The notes beneath the pieces are model-generated. The model ran no database searches. It saw only the letters and a list, made by a program, of their open reading frames with translations, and had not been told where the DNA came from. This document shows positions 12,862 to 27,239 of a stretch of 64,000 nt of DNA, piece by piece. Both the position numbers and the translations under genes were made by a program. The stretch comes from Mobula hypostoma (Eukaryota): assembly GCF_963921235.1 (NCBI RefSeq), contig NC_086097.1, forward strand, positions 181,414,001 to 181,478,000, written 5' to 3'. Position 1 is the first letter of the stretch; each line of letters begins with the position of its first letter.

Positions 12862-15710
12862 GGGGGTTTGAAGGGGAGGAGGGGCATTAACGGAAGTTAG
12901 AGAAGTCAGTGTACATGCCATCAGGTTGGAGGCTACCTGATCAGTTTGGAAGTTAGAGAAGTCAATGTCTATGCCATCAGGTTGGAGGTCACATGCTGCT
13001 ATTGTGACTCCCATCTCCCCTTCCCCCACTACCACTCTGCAACCCCATCTCCCTCAGAGCCTACCGTCAACTCCTGGACCCTCAAAGGCTCCATCTTCCT
13101 CTCACCCCAACCCTTCCCTCTCCACTGATAAGTCGGGTGCTGTTGTAGTCTGGCGTACTGACCTCTACCTTGCTGAGGCACAATGACCCCACTAAGGAGC
13201 ACCAGGTCATTGTCTCCCACACCATCACCAAATTTATCAGCTCAGGTGATCTCCCATCCACTGCTACCAACCTTATAGTTCCCACACCCCGCACTTCCCG
13301 TTTCTACCTCCTACCCAAGATCCACAAACCTGCCTGTCCAGGTAGACCCATTGTCTTAGCTTGCCCCTGCCCCACCGAACTCATTGCATACCTTGACACT
13401 GTTTTATCCCCCCCCCCCGTTGAATTCCTTCCCACCCAGGTTCGTGACACTTCTGTGGATTTTTTCAATGAATTTAAGTTCCCTGGCCCCCACTGCTTTA
13501 TTTTCACTATGGATGTCCAGTCTCTATATACCTCCATACCCCACCAGGAAGGTCTCAAAGCTCTCCACTTCTTTTTGGATTCCAGACCTAACCAGTTCCC
13601 CTCTACCACCACTCTCCTCCGTCTAGCGGAATTAGTCCTTACTCTTAATAATTTCTCCTTTGGCTCCTCCCACTTCCTCCAAACTAAAGGTGTAGCTGGG
13701 CACTCATATGGGTCCCAGCTATGCCTGCCTTTTTGGCTTTGTGGAACAATCCATGTTCCAAGCCTATACTAGTATCTGTCCCCCACTTTGCCTCCAACTT
13801 TCACCCTGCCCTCAAGTTTACCTGGTCCATTTCCAACACTTCCCTCCCCTTTCTTGATCTTTCCATCTCTGTCTCTGAAGACAGCTTATCTACTGATGTC
13901 TACTGTAAGCCTACGGACTCTCACAGCTACCTGGACTGTTCCCCTTCCCACCCTGTGTCCTGCAAAAATGCCATCCCCTTCTTGCAGTTCTTCCGTCTCT
14001 GCCGCATCTGCTCTCAGGATGAGGCTTTTCATTGCAGGACTAAGGAGGTGTCTTCCTTTTTTAAAGAAAGGGGCTTCCCTTCCTCCACCATCAACTCTGC
14101 TCTCAAACGTATCTCTCCTGTTTCACACAAATCTGCTCTCACCCCATCCTCCCGCCACCCCACTAGGAATACGGTTTCCTTGTCCTCACCTGCCACCCCA
14201 CCAGCCTCCGGGTCCAACATATAATTCTCTGTAACTTCTGCCACCTCCAATGGGATCCCACCACTAAGCACATCTTTCCCTCCCCCCCCCCACCGCTTTC
14301 CACAAGGATCACTCCCTACGTGACTCCCTTGTCCATTCGCCCCCCCCCCCATCCCTGATCTCCCTCCCGGCACTTATTCTTGTAAGCGGAACAAGTGCTA
14401 CACATGCCCTTACACTTCCTCCCTCCCCACCATTCAGGGCCCCAAACAGTCCTTCCAGGTGAGGCGACACTTCACCTGTGAGTCAGCTGGTGTGATATAC
14501 TGCATCTGGTGCTCCCGGTGTGGCCTTCTATATATTGGCGAGACCTGACGCAGGCTAGGAGACTGTTTCGCTGAGCACCTACGCTCTGTCCGCCAGAGAA
14601 AGCAGGATCTCCCAGTGGCCACACATTTTAATTCCACGTCCCATTACCATTCTGATATGTCTATCCACGGCCTCCTCTACTGTCAAGATGAAGCCACACT
14701 CAGGTTGGAGGAACAACACCTTATATTCCGTCTGGGTAGCCTCCAATCTGTTGGCATGAACATTGAGTTCTCTAACTTCCGCTAATGCCCCACCTCCCCC
14801 TCGTACCCCATCCGTTATTTATTTATTTAGTCTCTTTTTTTTCCCCACCCCCCTTCTTTTTTCTCCCTCTGTCCCTCTCACTATAACTCCTTGCCTGCTC
14901 TCCATCCTCTGGGCTCCCTTCCTCCTTTTCTTTCTCCCTAGGCCTCCTGTCCCATGATCCTCTCATATCCCTTTTGCCAATCAACTGTCCAGCTCTTGGC
15001 TCCATCCCTCCCCCTCCTGTCTTCTCCTATCATTTTGGATCTCCCCCTCCCCCTCCCATTTTCAAATCTCTTACTAGCTCTTCTTTCAGTTAGTCCTGAC
15101 GAAGGGTCTAGGCCCGAAATGTCGACTGTACCTCTTCCTATAGATGCTGCCTGGCCTGATACGTTCACCAGCACTTCTTGTGTGTGTAGCCTGACATAGA
15201 TAATGCTATTGTACAGGTGATCCAAGGTCGACTGGAGAGCCAGAGAGATTGCATCCACTGTCAACAAATTGTGGCGAAAGGCAAATTGCAGCAGGTCCAG
15301 GTCCTGGTCCTGTCTTAGGTAGGAGTTGATTCTAGCCATGACCAAGCTCTCAAAGCACTTCTTCACTGTAGATGTGAGCGTCACTGGGCGATAGTCCTTG
15401 TGGATTCACACAGGTGTAGTTTTATTCTCCCTTTCAAAGTGTGCATAAAAGGCATTGAGTTTATCTGGGAGTGAAACATCACAGAGATTCAGGATGTTAG
15501 GTTTCGCTTTATAGGAAGTAATGGCCTGCAAACACTGCCAGAGCCAATGCGCATCCAATTCCATCTCTAACCTCGAGAATTGTTTTTTTACCCTTAAAAT
15601 AGCCTTCTCTTCACTGTACACCAGGTCTCATGATGCCTCATACTTGGTGAACCTTCAGGTTCTCCTTCAAGTTGCACACTATCTCAACTTAGAAGCATAT
15701 TTCTCATCCT
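11385..15710 (-). mobile_element. Rex1/Babar-type LINE split by a Penelope insertion (parts ~11385-12424 and ~15188-15710)
   Basis: Minus-strand translations include KCFESLV...LQFAFRHN...DAISLAL...YVRL, then KFA.NSTIVGRISDGDEEAYR and ERVSSYKFL.VNISKDLSW. The reading continues across the PLE TSD. Confidence 0.75.
12425..15187 (+). mobile_element. Penelope-like element (Neptune-type) with inverted 5' terminal repeat; RT and GIY-YIG remnants
   Basis: A 13-bp TSD agcctgacataga lies at 12412-12424 and 15188-15200. RT motifs FYLLPKIHK, TMDVQSLYTSIPH and NNFSF are present, but the YIDD segment is deleted near 13785. GIY-YIG remnants lie near 14480-14785. Region 12425-~12935 is an inverted copy of the 3' end. 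Confidence 0.9.
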
Positions 15711-16718
15711 TCTTTGTCACTGGGTCTAAATCATAAAGTCATAAGATATAGGAGCAGAATTAGGCCTTTTGACCCATCGATTCTGCTCTGCCATTTTATC
15801 ATGGCTCATCCATTTTCCTTCTCAGCCCTAATCTCCTTTCTCCCCCTATCCCTTCATGCCTGGACCAATCAAGAATCTATCAACCTCTGCCTTGGCCCCC
15901 ACAGCTGCCTGTGGCAATAAATTCTACAAATTCACCACCCTCTGGCTAAAGAAATCGTTCTTCATCTCCGTTCTAAAAGGACACCCCTCTATTCTGTGTC
16001 CTCTGGTCTTAGACTCCCCCACCATGGGAAACATCCTGACACTCCCTCCACAACAATACTGTGGTACCATCTTCACTAGAAGCACTACATCAGTTCCAGA
16101 AGATGCTCTGGAAGCGATAAAATGAATGGGCAATAATTGCAGGCATTACCAGTAATGCCCACATTCTGAAAGTAACGTGTTGACCAATTCTAACAGCTCC
16201 TGGCACTGTTTCACTGACAGCTCTATTGTCTGCTATGCTTACATTAATAAATAGCTTGTCCCTCACTCCCAGAGCTTATAATGTTATCGGAGTCTCTTGA
16301 TTAAATTACTGTCTCATCATTGCTAACCTTTTTTTATTCCCATCGGGCAGTCTTGTATTTTGTTCTGTCTTTTAAATCGGCTAACTACAGCGATCATTTT
16401 CTTGATATTAGATCCATTCTCATTATTAAGCATACCCAGAAAGTGGAGGGAGGAGGATGGATTTCAAGAAATTTGCCGATTTGAAAATTATAAAATTATC
16501 TTCAACTGTCGTTTGCTTAATTCCCACCAATCACCTCAGTTACAGAACAAAATCAAAGGTCAGCATTTATTGTCCATGCTCGTTTACCTTTGAGAAGGTG
16601 GTGGTGAGCTGCTGTGGTCTGATGCTGTCTCCAGAGGGCTCTTGTTATCTTGGTCTAGGACCTGTGCCTTTGTATAAGGTCACCCTTCGCTCTTGTAAAC
16701 TCCTAGAATACAGACCCA

Positions 16719-16927
16719 CACAAAATGCTGAAGGAACTCAGCAGACCAGGCATCGTCTATGGAAAAGAGTACACTTGATGTTTCGGGCTGAGAACCTTCA
16801 TCGGGACTTATCCTGAAATGTCAACTGTACTGTCTTTCGTAGACGCTGCCTGGCCTGCTGAGTTCCTCCTGCATTTTGTGTGTGTTGCTTGGATTTCCAG
16901 CATCTGCAGATTTTTTTCTTGTTTGTG
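16719..16927. mobile_element. Fold-back Penelope-derived mini-element (older)
   Basis: Inverted pLTR arms with TSD agaata(ca/cc)gaccca at 16705-16718 and 16928-16941 (one mismatch). Confidence 0.75.
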
Positions 16928-19900
16928 AGAATACCGACCCAGCTTGATTAGCCCTGCGTGATCAGACAATCCTGTCAATCCAGGAATTAATCAACCATTG
17001 CTAAATTTCCAAACTCCATTAAACATTATTTCTAAACTCCAACCCCTTTGCGGTAAAGGACATTATTCCATATATCATCATAGTCATTAGCTACTCCTGA
17101 CTGCTAACACCTTGTGATTCATTCCCAAGAATATCAAGATCCTCATGAGATTCACTTACAGTCTCTTTCCACTGGGATAATAATCTGCCTTTGATTAATC
17201 TTATACTCACATTTCCTCACATTAACCTTCATTTGCCAGTTTTTCAGCCACTCAGCCTATTTATTTATATCCCATTGCAGGGTCACATTGTCTTCATATT
17301 CAGATTCATTGATTCATCATATGTACATTGGAGCATAGAGTGAAATGGATAGTTTGTGTTAACAACTAATACAACTATGGATGGGCTGGGAGCTGCACAT
17401 TCTGATGCCAACATAACATGCCCCAGTATTCTGCAGAACAACAACACATCAACTGCAACAAAACAACAGCAGCAAGACCAACTCTTTTCCCTTTCTACCC
17501 ACTCAGCCATACATACAGTCCTCCAACTCCAGGCCACATCCAGACCTTCAGTGGACTTGCAGACTCGCAGACCGAGGGCTTTGGGCTTCATTCTTTGGTA
17601 TCAACCACATGATTTGCTGATAATGGGACCTGAGCTCCAGGCCTTGAACTTTGAACTTGCACCCTCTCCGACCTTAGTGGGTCACAGGACTTTTGAACCT
17701 GGGACTTGCTGACCTCCTTACAGTCTGCCGTTCCACCTATTTTCATTTCATTAGTAGGCTTGGGAGCATTGGACCCTGAACTGATCCCAGGGTATTCAAC
17801 TGGTTACATCCTTCCAATATGAAAAAGATGTTTCAATATTTATTCTGACTTTCTATGATTAAGCTCGAGATTCAGCTAAAAATAGATATTAAAGTAATTC
17901 GCATTTAGTTTCCAGCCTTATGTTTTCCTCCCTTCTTGAACTAGAGAGTAGCACACCAGCTGATTTCTAATCCAGTCTAGTGGGTATAACTGAAGAGCCT
18001 CACTGGTGCTTGCTTCTTATGTCTTTACCCTGTCTAGAAGGGATTCCCTCACACAGATCCTATGCTTCAGCCTGTAGATAGACATGAGATGGATCTTCAG
18101 ATGGTATTCTCCTTGAAATGTCTACTGTACTCTTTCCATAGATGCTGCCTGGCCTGCTGAGTTCCTCCAGCATTTAGTGTGTGATTCTCCCTCAAAGTCA
18201 GCAGCTTCCAGCTCTGTCAGTTCCCATTCGCAGCTAGTGAAGGTGACTGTACCCTTCAGCTTATCCCTTGTTGGACCAGGACCAAGCTAACTCTGCACCA
18301 TGTGCTGTTAAGGACTCTGTCGGCAAATATTTGCAGTGTGCTACCAGCACATTGCTGGAGGAGAGTGTCCCGTGGTGTGAGTACCACATCTTGCCCTTCA
18401 GTAAATGGGGACCTTATCAGTCAACTAAACAGCCATTTAATGGGGCAGCAAAGCGTCTCTGCTTCAACCTCAGCTGATAAACTTGATTATCACACTGAGC
18501 AATTATTTGTACTTTTGAGGGAACTGGGTAGTGAAGTTCTGCCTGCCACTAGCTCAGTCAGCCTGGGACGCTTGCTGCTAATGGATGTGCCAGAGTCTCC
18601 TGCTAACTGCAGCTTCATCTCAGCATGAACCAGGTAAGGTGGCTCCCTCTTCTGCCAGTCAACATGAGAGCAAATGGTCTGAAAGTAAATCTCCATTGAA
18701 ATTGCTTGCTGTTACCAATATTTTGCTATTTATGGCATATATTTTTCCCCAGTATGAGTTGTGTTTCGAAGTTGGGGAGATGGAATGCACTGTTGGTTGA
18801 CAAACTGGCTGAGTGTGATTCTGGTCTGTATTCCCAATGAGCAGAACATCCTGATTTCTGTTGGTCTGACCCCTGTGATTGGGAAGGACTTGCAAAGGAA
18901 GCTGAGGGACCTTTTGATTGAGGGTGGTGAGGGGAGAGTTAGTGGAGTCTGGCCCATGCCGTAGATACCTAGAAATTGCCAATAAACCAGATCAGGAGAA
19001 ACTTCATGAGACTCATATGTGCTTCCACATGGTGAACAACATGTAAAGCATTGAAGGGAAGAGTAGCATCATGGAAAAGGGATTGGGAGGGAAATGGCAA
19101 AAGACATACATTGAGTATGAACAGTAGTCAAGTGTGTTGGCAGATTCCCTCGTGGATAGTGTCATTCCATATAAATTCTTTTTACAGAGGATGCATAACT
19201 CAGCAAGTTCAAGGAATAGCCTTGCAGAGAGAACCTGAGCTAGCTTTTCATGGTAATAATGTTTTAGTTAGAACTGGTGATAAGCCATGAACTCTGTCCC
19301 TCTCTCCACGGAGACTTTCCATCAATTTCTATTTTCATTTCAAATTTCCAGCATCTGGAGTTATTAAGCTTTAACCTGGTGGAAACTTGCTCAATTCTTT
19401 CAGGACGGTAATGGAGCTGAGTGGGTGAGACTAGTAAAGTAAGTGTACATATGTTATCTACCACTGTAATCTGATTGATTCGGTGCAGCATTTTGCAAAC
19501 TTAGGGACGCTTCAAGGTTTCTGAACTGTAGTTACTGTTGAAGAAACAGTGGGTGGCCATTAGTTTGAGCATGGTAAGTTCTCACTAATGTGAAATAGTA
19601 ATGACTATTTTGGCAGTGTTGATGACTTGTATTCACCTGGTAAAGTAGTCAAGAACATGTTTAACATCTCATCACAGAGTCATACATCACAGAAACAGGT
19701 CCTTTGGTCCCACTGGTCCATGAAAGCCAATATTCCCATTGAAGCTAGTCCAGTTTGGCCATGTTTGGCCCATGGCCCACTACAATTCCTATCCATGCAT
19801 TTGCAAAATGTTGTTTAAGTATTTAAATATCCTTCAAATATTAGTGTATCTACCTTAACCACTTTCTTGGGCAGTTAATTCCATATGCTGGCCACTCATT

Positions 19901-20362
19901 GGGTGAAAAATTGTTTTTCAAGTTCCTAATAAGTACTTCCCCTGTCATCATAAGCCTAATTAAAAAAAAACAGGAATGCAGCAGTCCCTTAGTTCCAACC
20001 ATCTCACATCTAGTCTCTCCCTCAATATTACCTCTTTTATTGTAGTTCTGCTGTATTTTCTCACTGACATTGTTTTCCCACAGTGTGATCCTCCCTCCGA
20101 ACAACCACTCCCACAGTGTGGTGTTCCCTCAGTACTACACTGGCAGATGTGGATTGAGATGGGTTATTTTCTGGCAAAACATGTGGGTTACTTGATAAGA
20201 GAGCTGCTTTCAAAAGTGAAATATTAAGAGTACAGATTTTGTATGTTGCTGTTAGAATAAAAGGCAAGGCTAACATGTTTAGGGAACCCTGGTTTTTGAG
20301 GGATGTTAAGTCCTGGTTAAGAAGAAGGAGGTGCGTAGCAGGTATAGGCAACAAGGAATAAG

Positions 20363-21454
20363 CTTCCCTTCCTCCACTATCAACTCTGCTCTTAAACGCA
20401 TCTCCCCCATTTCACGTACATCTGCTCTCACTCCATCCTCCCGCCATCCCACTAGGGATAGGGTTCCCTTGGTCCTCACCTACCACCCCACCAGCCTCCG
20501 GGTCCAACATATTATTCTCTGTAACTTCCGCCACCTCCAACGGGATCCCACCACTAAGCACATCTTTCCCTCCCCCCCCCCTCTGCATTCCGCAGGGATC
20601 GCTCCCTACACGTCCCCCCCATTCCTCCCCACTGATCTCTCTCCTGGCACTTATCCGTGTAAGTGGAACAAGTGCTACACATGCCCTTACACTTCCTCCC
20701 TTACCACCATTCAGGGCCCCAAACAGTCCTTCCAGGTGAGGCAACACTTCACCTGTGAGTCGGCTGGGGTGATATACTGCGTCCAGTGCTCCCGATGTGG
20801 CCTTTTATATATTGGCGAGACCCGACGCAGACTGGGAGACCGCTTTGCTGAACACCTATGCTCTGTCTGCCAGAGAAAGCAGGATCTCCCAGTGGCCACA
20901 CATTTTAATTCCACATCCCATTCCCATTCTGACATGTCTATCCACGGCCTCCTCTACTGTAAAGATGAAGCCACACTCAGGTTGGAGGAACAACACCTTA
21001 TATTCCATCTGGGTAGCCTCCAACCTGATGGCATGAACATCGACTTCTCTAACTTCCGCTAATGCCCCACCTCCCCCTCGTACCCCATCTGTTACTTATT
21101 TTTATACACACATTCTTTCTCTCACTCTCCTTTTTCTCCCTCTGTCCCTCTGAATATACCCCTTGCCCATCCTCTGGTTCCCCCCCCCCCCCGTCTTTCT
21201 TCCCGGACCTCCTGTCCCATGATCCACTCGTATCCCTTTTGCCTATCACCTGTCCAGCTCTTGGCTCCATCCCTCCCCCTCCTGTCTTCTCCTATCATTT
21301 TGCATCTCCCCCTCCCCCTCCAACTTTCAAATCCCTTACTCACTCTTCCTTCAGTTAGTCCTGACGAAGGGTCTCGGCCTGAAACGTCGACTACACCGCT
21401 TCCTAGAGATGCTGCCTGGCCTGCTGCGTTCACCAGCAACTTTGATGTGTGTTG
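20363..21454 (+). mobile_element. 5'-truncated Penelope-like element with open GIY-YIG endonuclease frame and pLTR
   Basis: ORF 20331-21062 contains YPCKWNKCYTC (Cys linker) followed by VIYCVQCSRCGLLYIGET...RFAEH...HF...EQHLI..LGSLQPDGMN. A 10-bp TSD aaggaataag lies at 20353-20362 and 21455-21464. It is inserted in a CR1 fragment. Confidence 0.9.
21356..21393 (+). ncRNA. Minimal type I hammerhead ribozyme motif in pLTR
   Basis: tagtc-CTGACGA-agggtctcggcct-GAAA-c-GTC-gacta, with a 5-bp stem I (UAGUC/GACUA) and an intact core. Confidence 0.75.
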
Positions 21455-21614
21455 AAGGAATAAGTGAGATGCTTTATGAGTATAAGAAATGCCAGAAAAC
21501 AGTTAAGAGGGAAATCAGGCAGACAAAGTGAAGGAGAATCCCAGGATTTTCCAGATATATTAAGAGCAAAAGCATAGCATAGCATGGGATAAAATTTGTC
21601 CATTTGAAGATCAA

Positions 21615-24600
21615 TGTTGGCCGTTCCCACCAATAATAAGTATATCATTTTGGATACTGTTGATGGGGATGACCTACCAGGGACAAGTTGCAGTGGTTGC
21701 GTCTCTGGCACCGAGACGGGACTCTCAGCTCAGAAGGGAAGGAGGGAAGAGAGGAGAGCAGTAGTGATAGGGGTTTCAATAGTTAGGGGGACAAATAAGA
21801 GGTTCTGTGGAAGAGATTGAGAATCCCGGATGGTCTGTTGCCTCCCTGGTACCAAGGTCTGCGATATCTCGGATCGAGTTCTCAGTATTCTGAAGAGGGA
21901 GGGTGAGCAGCCGGATGTCGTGGTCCATGTAGGAACCAATGATGTGGGTAGGAAGAGTGAGGAGATCCTGAAAGGTGAGTTTAGGGAGTTAGGTGCCAAG
22001 TTAAAGGACAGGACTTCCAGGAAAGCAATCTCAGAATTGCTACCAGTGCCACGTGCAGGCGGGTTTAGAAATAGTAAGATAGCGCAGATCAACACGTGGC
22101 TGAAGACATGGTGCAGGAGGGAGGGCTTCAGATTTATAGATAATTGGGCAGTTTTCCAGGGAAGGTGGGACCTGTTCTGGTGGGACGGTTTTGCAGGTAG
22201 GTTTGCTAGGGAGGCTCCAGTGGATTTAAACTAGATACAAGGGGGGAGGGGAACCAGAGTGTAGAAACAGATGTAGGGGAGAAGGAAGAAAAAGAAAATA
22301 GTAAAGTTGTTTGCACTGTTAGTGATAAACAGAGAGTAAGAGGTGGAAAATTTCTTAAATGAATTTATTTTAATGCTGGGAACATTATAAGAAAGGTGGA
22401 TGAGCTTAGAGCATGGTTTGATACCTGGAAGTATGATGTAACTATTAGTGAAACATGGTTGCAGGAGGGATGTGATTGGCAACTAAATATTCCTTGATTT
22501 CGTTGCTTTAGGTGTGATAGACTCGGAGGGACAAGAGGGGGCGGTGTTGCATTGCTTGTCAGAGAAAATATTACAGCGTTGCTCTGGCAAGATAGATTAG
22601 AGGGCTCATCTAGGGAGGCTATTTCGGTGGAATTGAGGAGTGGGAAAGGTGTAGTAACACATAGAGGTGTATTATAGACTACCTAATGGGGAGCGAGAAT
22701 TGGAGGAGAAAATTTGTAAGGAGATAGCAGATGTTTGTGGTAAACACAAGGTTGTGATTGTGGGAGATTTTAATTTTCCACACATAGACTGGGAAGCCCA
22801 TACTGTAAAAGGGCTGGATGGTTTGGAGGTCGTAAAATGTGTGCAGGATAGTTTTTTGCAACATTACATAGAGGTACCAACTAGAGAAGGGGCAGTGTTG
22901 AATCTCCTGTTAGGGAATGAGATAGGTCAGGTGACGGAGGTATGTGTTGGGGAGCACTTCAGGTCCAGTGATCACAATGCCATTAGTTTCAATATAATTA
23001 TGGAGAAGGATAGGTTTAGACCTAGGGTTGAGATTTTTGATTGGAGATAGGCTAACTTTGAGGAGATGCGAAAGGATTTAGAAGGAGCGGATTGGGACAA
23101 TTTGTTTTTTGGGAAGGATGTAATATAGAAATGGAGTTCATTTGAAGGTGAAATTTTGAGGGTACAGAATCTTTATGTTCCTGTTAGGTTGAAAGGAAAG
23201 GTTAAAAGTTTGAGAGAGCCATGGTTTTCAAGGGATATTGGAAACTTGGTTCGGAAAAAGAGAGATATCTACAATAAATATAGGCAGCATGGAGTAAATG
23301 AGGTGCTCGAGGAATATAAAGAATGTAAAAAGAATCTTAAGAAAGAAATTAGAAAAGCTAAAAGAAGATACTAGGTTGCCTTGGCAAGTAAGGTGAAAAT
23401 AAATCCAAAGGGTTTCTACAGATATATTAATAACAAAAGGATAGTGAGGGATAAAATTGGTCCCTTGGAGAATCAGAGTGGACAGCTATGTGTGGAACCA
23501 AAAGAGATGGGGGAGATTTTGAACAATTTCTTTTCTTCGGTATTCACTAAGGAGAAGGATATTGAATTGTGTAAGGTAAGGGAAACAGGTAGGGAAGTTA
23601 TGGAAGCTATGATGATTAAAGAAGAGGAAGTGTTGGCGCTTTTAAGGAATATAAAAGTGGATAAGTCTGCGGGTCCTGACGGGATATTGCCTAGGACCTT
23701 GAGGGAGGTTAGTGTAGAAATAGCAGGGGCTCTAACAGAAATATTTCAAATGTCATTAGAAATGGGGATGGTGCCGGAGGATTGGCATATTGCTCATGTT
23801 GTTCCATTGTTTAAAAAGGGTTCTAAGAGTAAACCTAGCAATTATTGGCCTGTGAGTTTGACGTCAGTGGTGGGTAAATTGATGGAAAGTATTCTTAGAG
23901 ATGGTATATATAATTATCTGGATAGACAGAGTCTGATTAGGAACAGTCAACATGGATTTGTGCATGGAAGGTCATGTTTGACAAATCTTTTAGAATTTTT
24001 TGAAGAGGTTACTAGGAAAGTTGACAAGGGTAAAGCGGTGGGAGTTGTCTATATGGACTTCAGTAAGGCCTTTGACAAGTTTCCACACAGAAGGTTAGTT
24101 AGGAAGGTTCAATCGTTAGGTATTAATATTGAAGTAGTAAAATGGATTCAGCAATAGCTGGATGGGAGACACCAGAGAGTAGTGGCGGATAACTGTTTGT
24201 CAGATTGGAGGCCGGTGACTGGTGGTGTGCCTCAGGGATCTGTACTGGGTCCAATGTTGTTTGTCATATACATGAATGATCTGGATGATGAGGTGGTAAA
24301 TTGGATTAGTAAGTATGCAAATGATACTAAGATAGGTGGCATTGTGGATAATGAAGTAGGTTTTCAAAGCTTGCAGAGTGGGCTGAAAGATGGCAGATGG
24401 AGTTTAATGTTGATAAATGTGAGGTGCTACATTTTGGTAGGACTAATCAAAATAGTACATACATGGTAAATGGTAGGGCATTGAAGAATGCAGTAGAACA
24501 GAGGGATCCAGGAATAATGGTGCATAGTTCCCTGAAGGTGGAATCTCATGTGGATAGGGTGGTGGTGAAAGCTTTTGGTATGCTAGCCTTTATAAGTCAG

Positions 24601-25209
24601 AGCATTGAGTATAGGAGTTGGGATGTAATGATAAAATTATACAAGGCATTGGTAAGGCCAAATTTGGAGTATTGTGTACAGTTTTGGTCACTGAATTATA
24701 GAAAAGATGTCAACAAAATAGAGAGAGTACAGAGAAGATTTACTAGAATGTTACCTGGGTTTCAGCACCTAAGTTACAGAGAAAGGTTGAACAAGTTGGG
24801 TCTTTATTCTTTGGAGCGTATAAGGTTGAGGAGGGACTTTATAGAGATATTTAAAATTATGAAGGGTATAAATAGGGTTGATGTGGATAGGCTTTTTCCA
24901 TTGAGAGTAGGGGAGATTCAAACAAGAGGACATGAGTTGAAAGTTAGGGGGCAAAAGTTTAGGGGAACAGGAGGGGGAACTTCTTTACTCAGAGAGTGGT
25001 AGCTGTGTGGAACAAGGTTCCAGCAGAAGTGGTGGAGGCAGGTTCGATATTGTCACTTAAAGTAAAATTGGATAGCTATATGGACAGGAAAAGAATGGAG
25101 GGTTATGGACTGAGTGCAGGTCGGTGGGACTAGGTGAGGATAAGCGTTCGGCACGGACTAGAAGGGCCGAGATGGCCTGTTTCTGTGCAGTAATTGTTAT
25201 ATGGTTATA
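21615..25209 (+). mobile_element. Nearly full-length CR1 LINE (ORF1 SGNH-esterase domain, ORF2 APE endonuclease + RT) with stops and frameshifts
   Basis: ORF1 has VVIGVSIVRG, VCCLPG and VVVHVGTND. ORF2 has [38 protein letters not shown] and YANDTK. The 3' tail is tgttatatggttata. Confidence 0.92.
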
Positions 25210-26220
25210 AAAGTTGATGAAGGGAAGTTAGTGGATATTGTCTACTTGAACTTTAACAAGGTCTTTGCCAAAGTCTCACATGGGATATTAGTGCAGAAGG
25301 TACATTCACTTGTCATTCATGATGAAGTAAATTTGATTCAATATTGATTTAGCAAGGGTAACCAGAGGGTGATAGTGGATGGTTGCCTCTCTGACTGGAG
25401 GCCTGTGACCAGCCATGTACCACAGGGGTTGGTGGTGAGTCTGTTGTTGTTTGTCATCTATATCAATGATTTAGATGATAATGTGGTAAACTTTTCAGAT
25501 GAAACCAAGATTGGGTGCTTAGTGGGTAGCGAGGAAGACTATCAAAGCTTGCAGCGAGATACGTACCAGCTGGAAAATGGACTGAAAAATGACAGATGGA
25601 ATTTAATACAGACAACAGTAAGGTGTTGCACTGTGGGGGAGGATAAACCAGGGTAGACTTCTACAGTGAACGGTAGAGTTCTGAGGAGTGAAGTGGAACA
25701 AAAGGATCAGGGAATATAGATCCATAATTCCTTGAAAGTGGTGTTATAAGTTTATAGAGTTATAAAGATAGCTTTTGGTATATGAGCTTTCATAAATCAG
25801 AGTATTGCCTTGGGGTATTAGGGCTTTTTTCCCTGAAGCATAAGAGAATGAGGGGAGATTTGATAGAGGTATACAGAATTATGAGGGATAAAGACAGGGT
25901 AAATGCAAGCATGCTTTTTTCCACTGAGGTTGAATGAGACTAGAACTAGAGGTTATAGGTTAAGAGTGAAAGGTGAAATACTTAAGGGGAACTTGAGGGG
26001 GGAATCTTCTTTATTCAAAGGATGGTGCAAGGGTGGAGCTGCCATCTGAAGTGGTGGATGCAGATTCGATTGCAACATTTTTTATAAAGTTTGGATGAGT
26101 ACATGGATGGAAGGGGTATGGAGGATAATGGTCCAGCTTACCGGTTGATGGGACTCAGCAGAATAACAGATCAACACAGACTGAAGGGTCTGTTTCTGTG
26201 CTGTAGTGCTCTATTACTCT
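25210..26220 (+). mobile_element. Older CR1 ORF2 3' fragment
   Basis: Contains DWRPVTSHVPQG...LFVIYINDLDD and a CR1 3' UTR. Confidence 0.75.
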
Positions 26221-27239
26221 AAAAGCCTGAAAAGATGTACCACTAGGCTGAAGGACAGTTTCTGCCCTGCTGTTATAAGGCTATTGGGCAATCCCCTAGA
26301 CCTACAATTTACCTCATCATGACTGCACTTAAGTGTCTACCTGCTCTTTCTCTGTAGCTGTAGCTGTTGTTCTTCATTCTGCTTTCTGTTTTTGTTTTAC
26401 ATTGTACTGTCTCAATGCACTGATGTGATGAAATAATCTGTATGAATGCTATGCAAGACAAAGTTTTCACTGTACCTTGTCATGTGAGAATAATAAAGCA
26501 GTTTACCACAGTGGAATTTGTACCTTTGCCATGGATTTTATGGGCTAGAAATCTGGGCGCTGGCCCAGTGACTTAACATCAATGTTACCGAACCCAAGCC
26601 ACCTCAAAAAATCCCTTTTCTCTAATCCCATCTGGTACTCTTGATCCAGTGCTGAGTGAGTTCTGCTGTTGGAGGGGGAGCCCTGAAGAACTTCCACTGT
26701 TGGAGGGACAGCCCTGAGAGAGCTCTACAGCGGGAGGCACTGTCCTGAGGAAACTCCACTTTTAGAGGCATGGTCCTGAGCAATGTTCTCTCTAACAGCT
26801 GTAAATTTTACACGGTCTGAAAACTGTGCAGACTTTCTTTGTATGATGCATACTATAAATAGAACGAAAATTGAAAATCATATAGTTTTGATTATATTTA
26901 TTAATTGAAGGGTATAATGAAATACAGTACAACAAAGAAAATCTTTCACATTTTGTAAACAACTTCTTGTCTGTCTTTATTACAAACCCTTTGTCAAAAA
27001 ACACTGTCCAGATTAATTTTGCATTCAGATGAAATGTGCTTTGTCTTAATCATCATTAGATCCAAATGTTCCACTGCTAGTCTGTTTCTGGATTTACATT
27101 TGACAGGATTCATAAGAGTGAATCCATGTTCGCAATCAGCACTAGAAGGTTGAAATGTTTCAACAGTGTAACAGGAATTAACAATTCTTTAAGTTCTTAG
27201 TTCTAAGCACATAATTCAACATATCAATGAACATCTTAA

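Noticed and set aside
18200..18990. Several overlapping ORFs as a host exon cluster
   Set aside because: There is no coherent splice structure or recognisable protein. It is more likely a very old LINE remnant, which I could not assign.
20331..21062. Stand-alone or domesticated GIY-YIG nuclease gene
   Set aside because: It is part of a TSD-flanked truncated Penelope copy, and the listed start codon lies outside the element in CR1 sequence.
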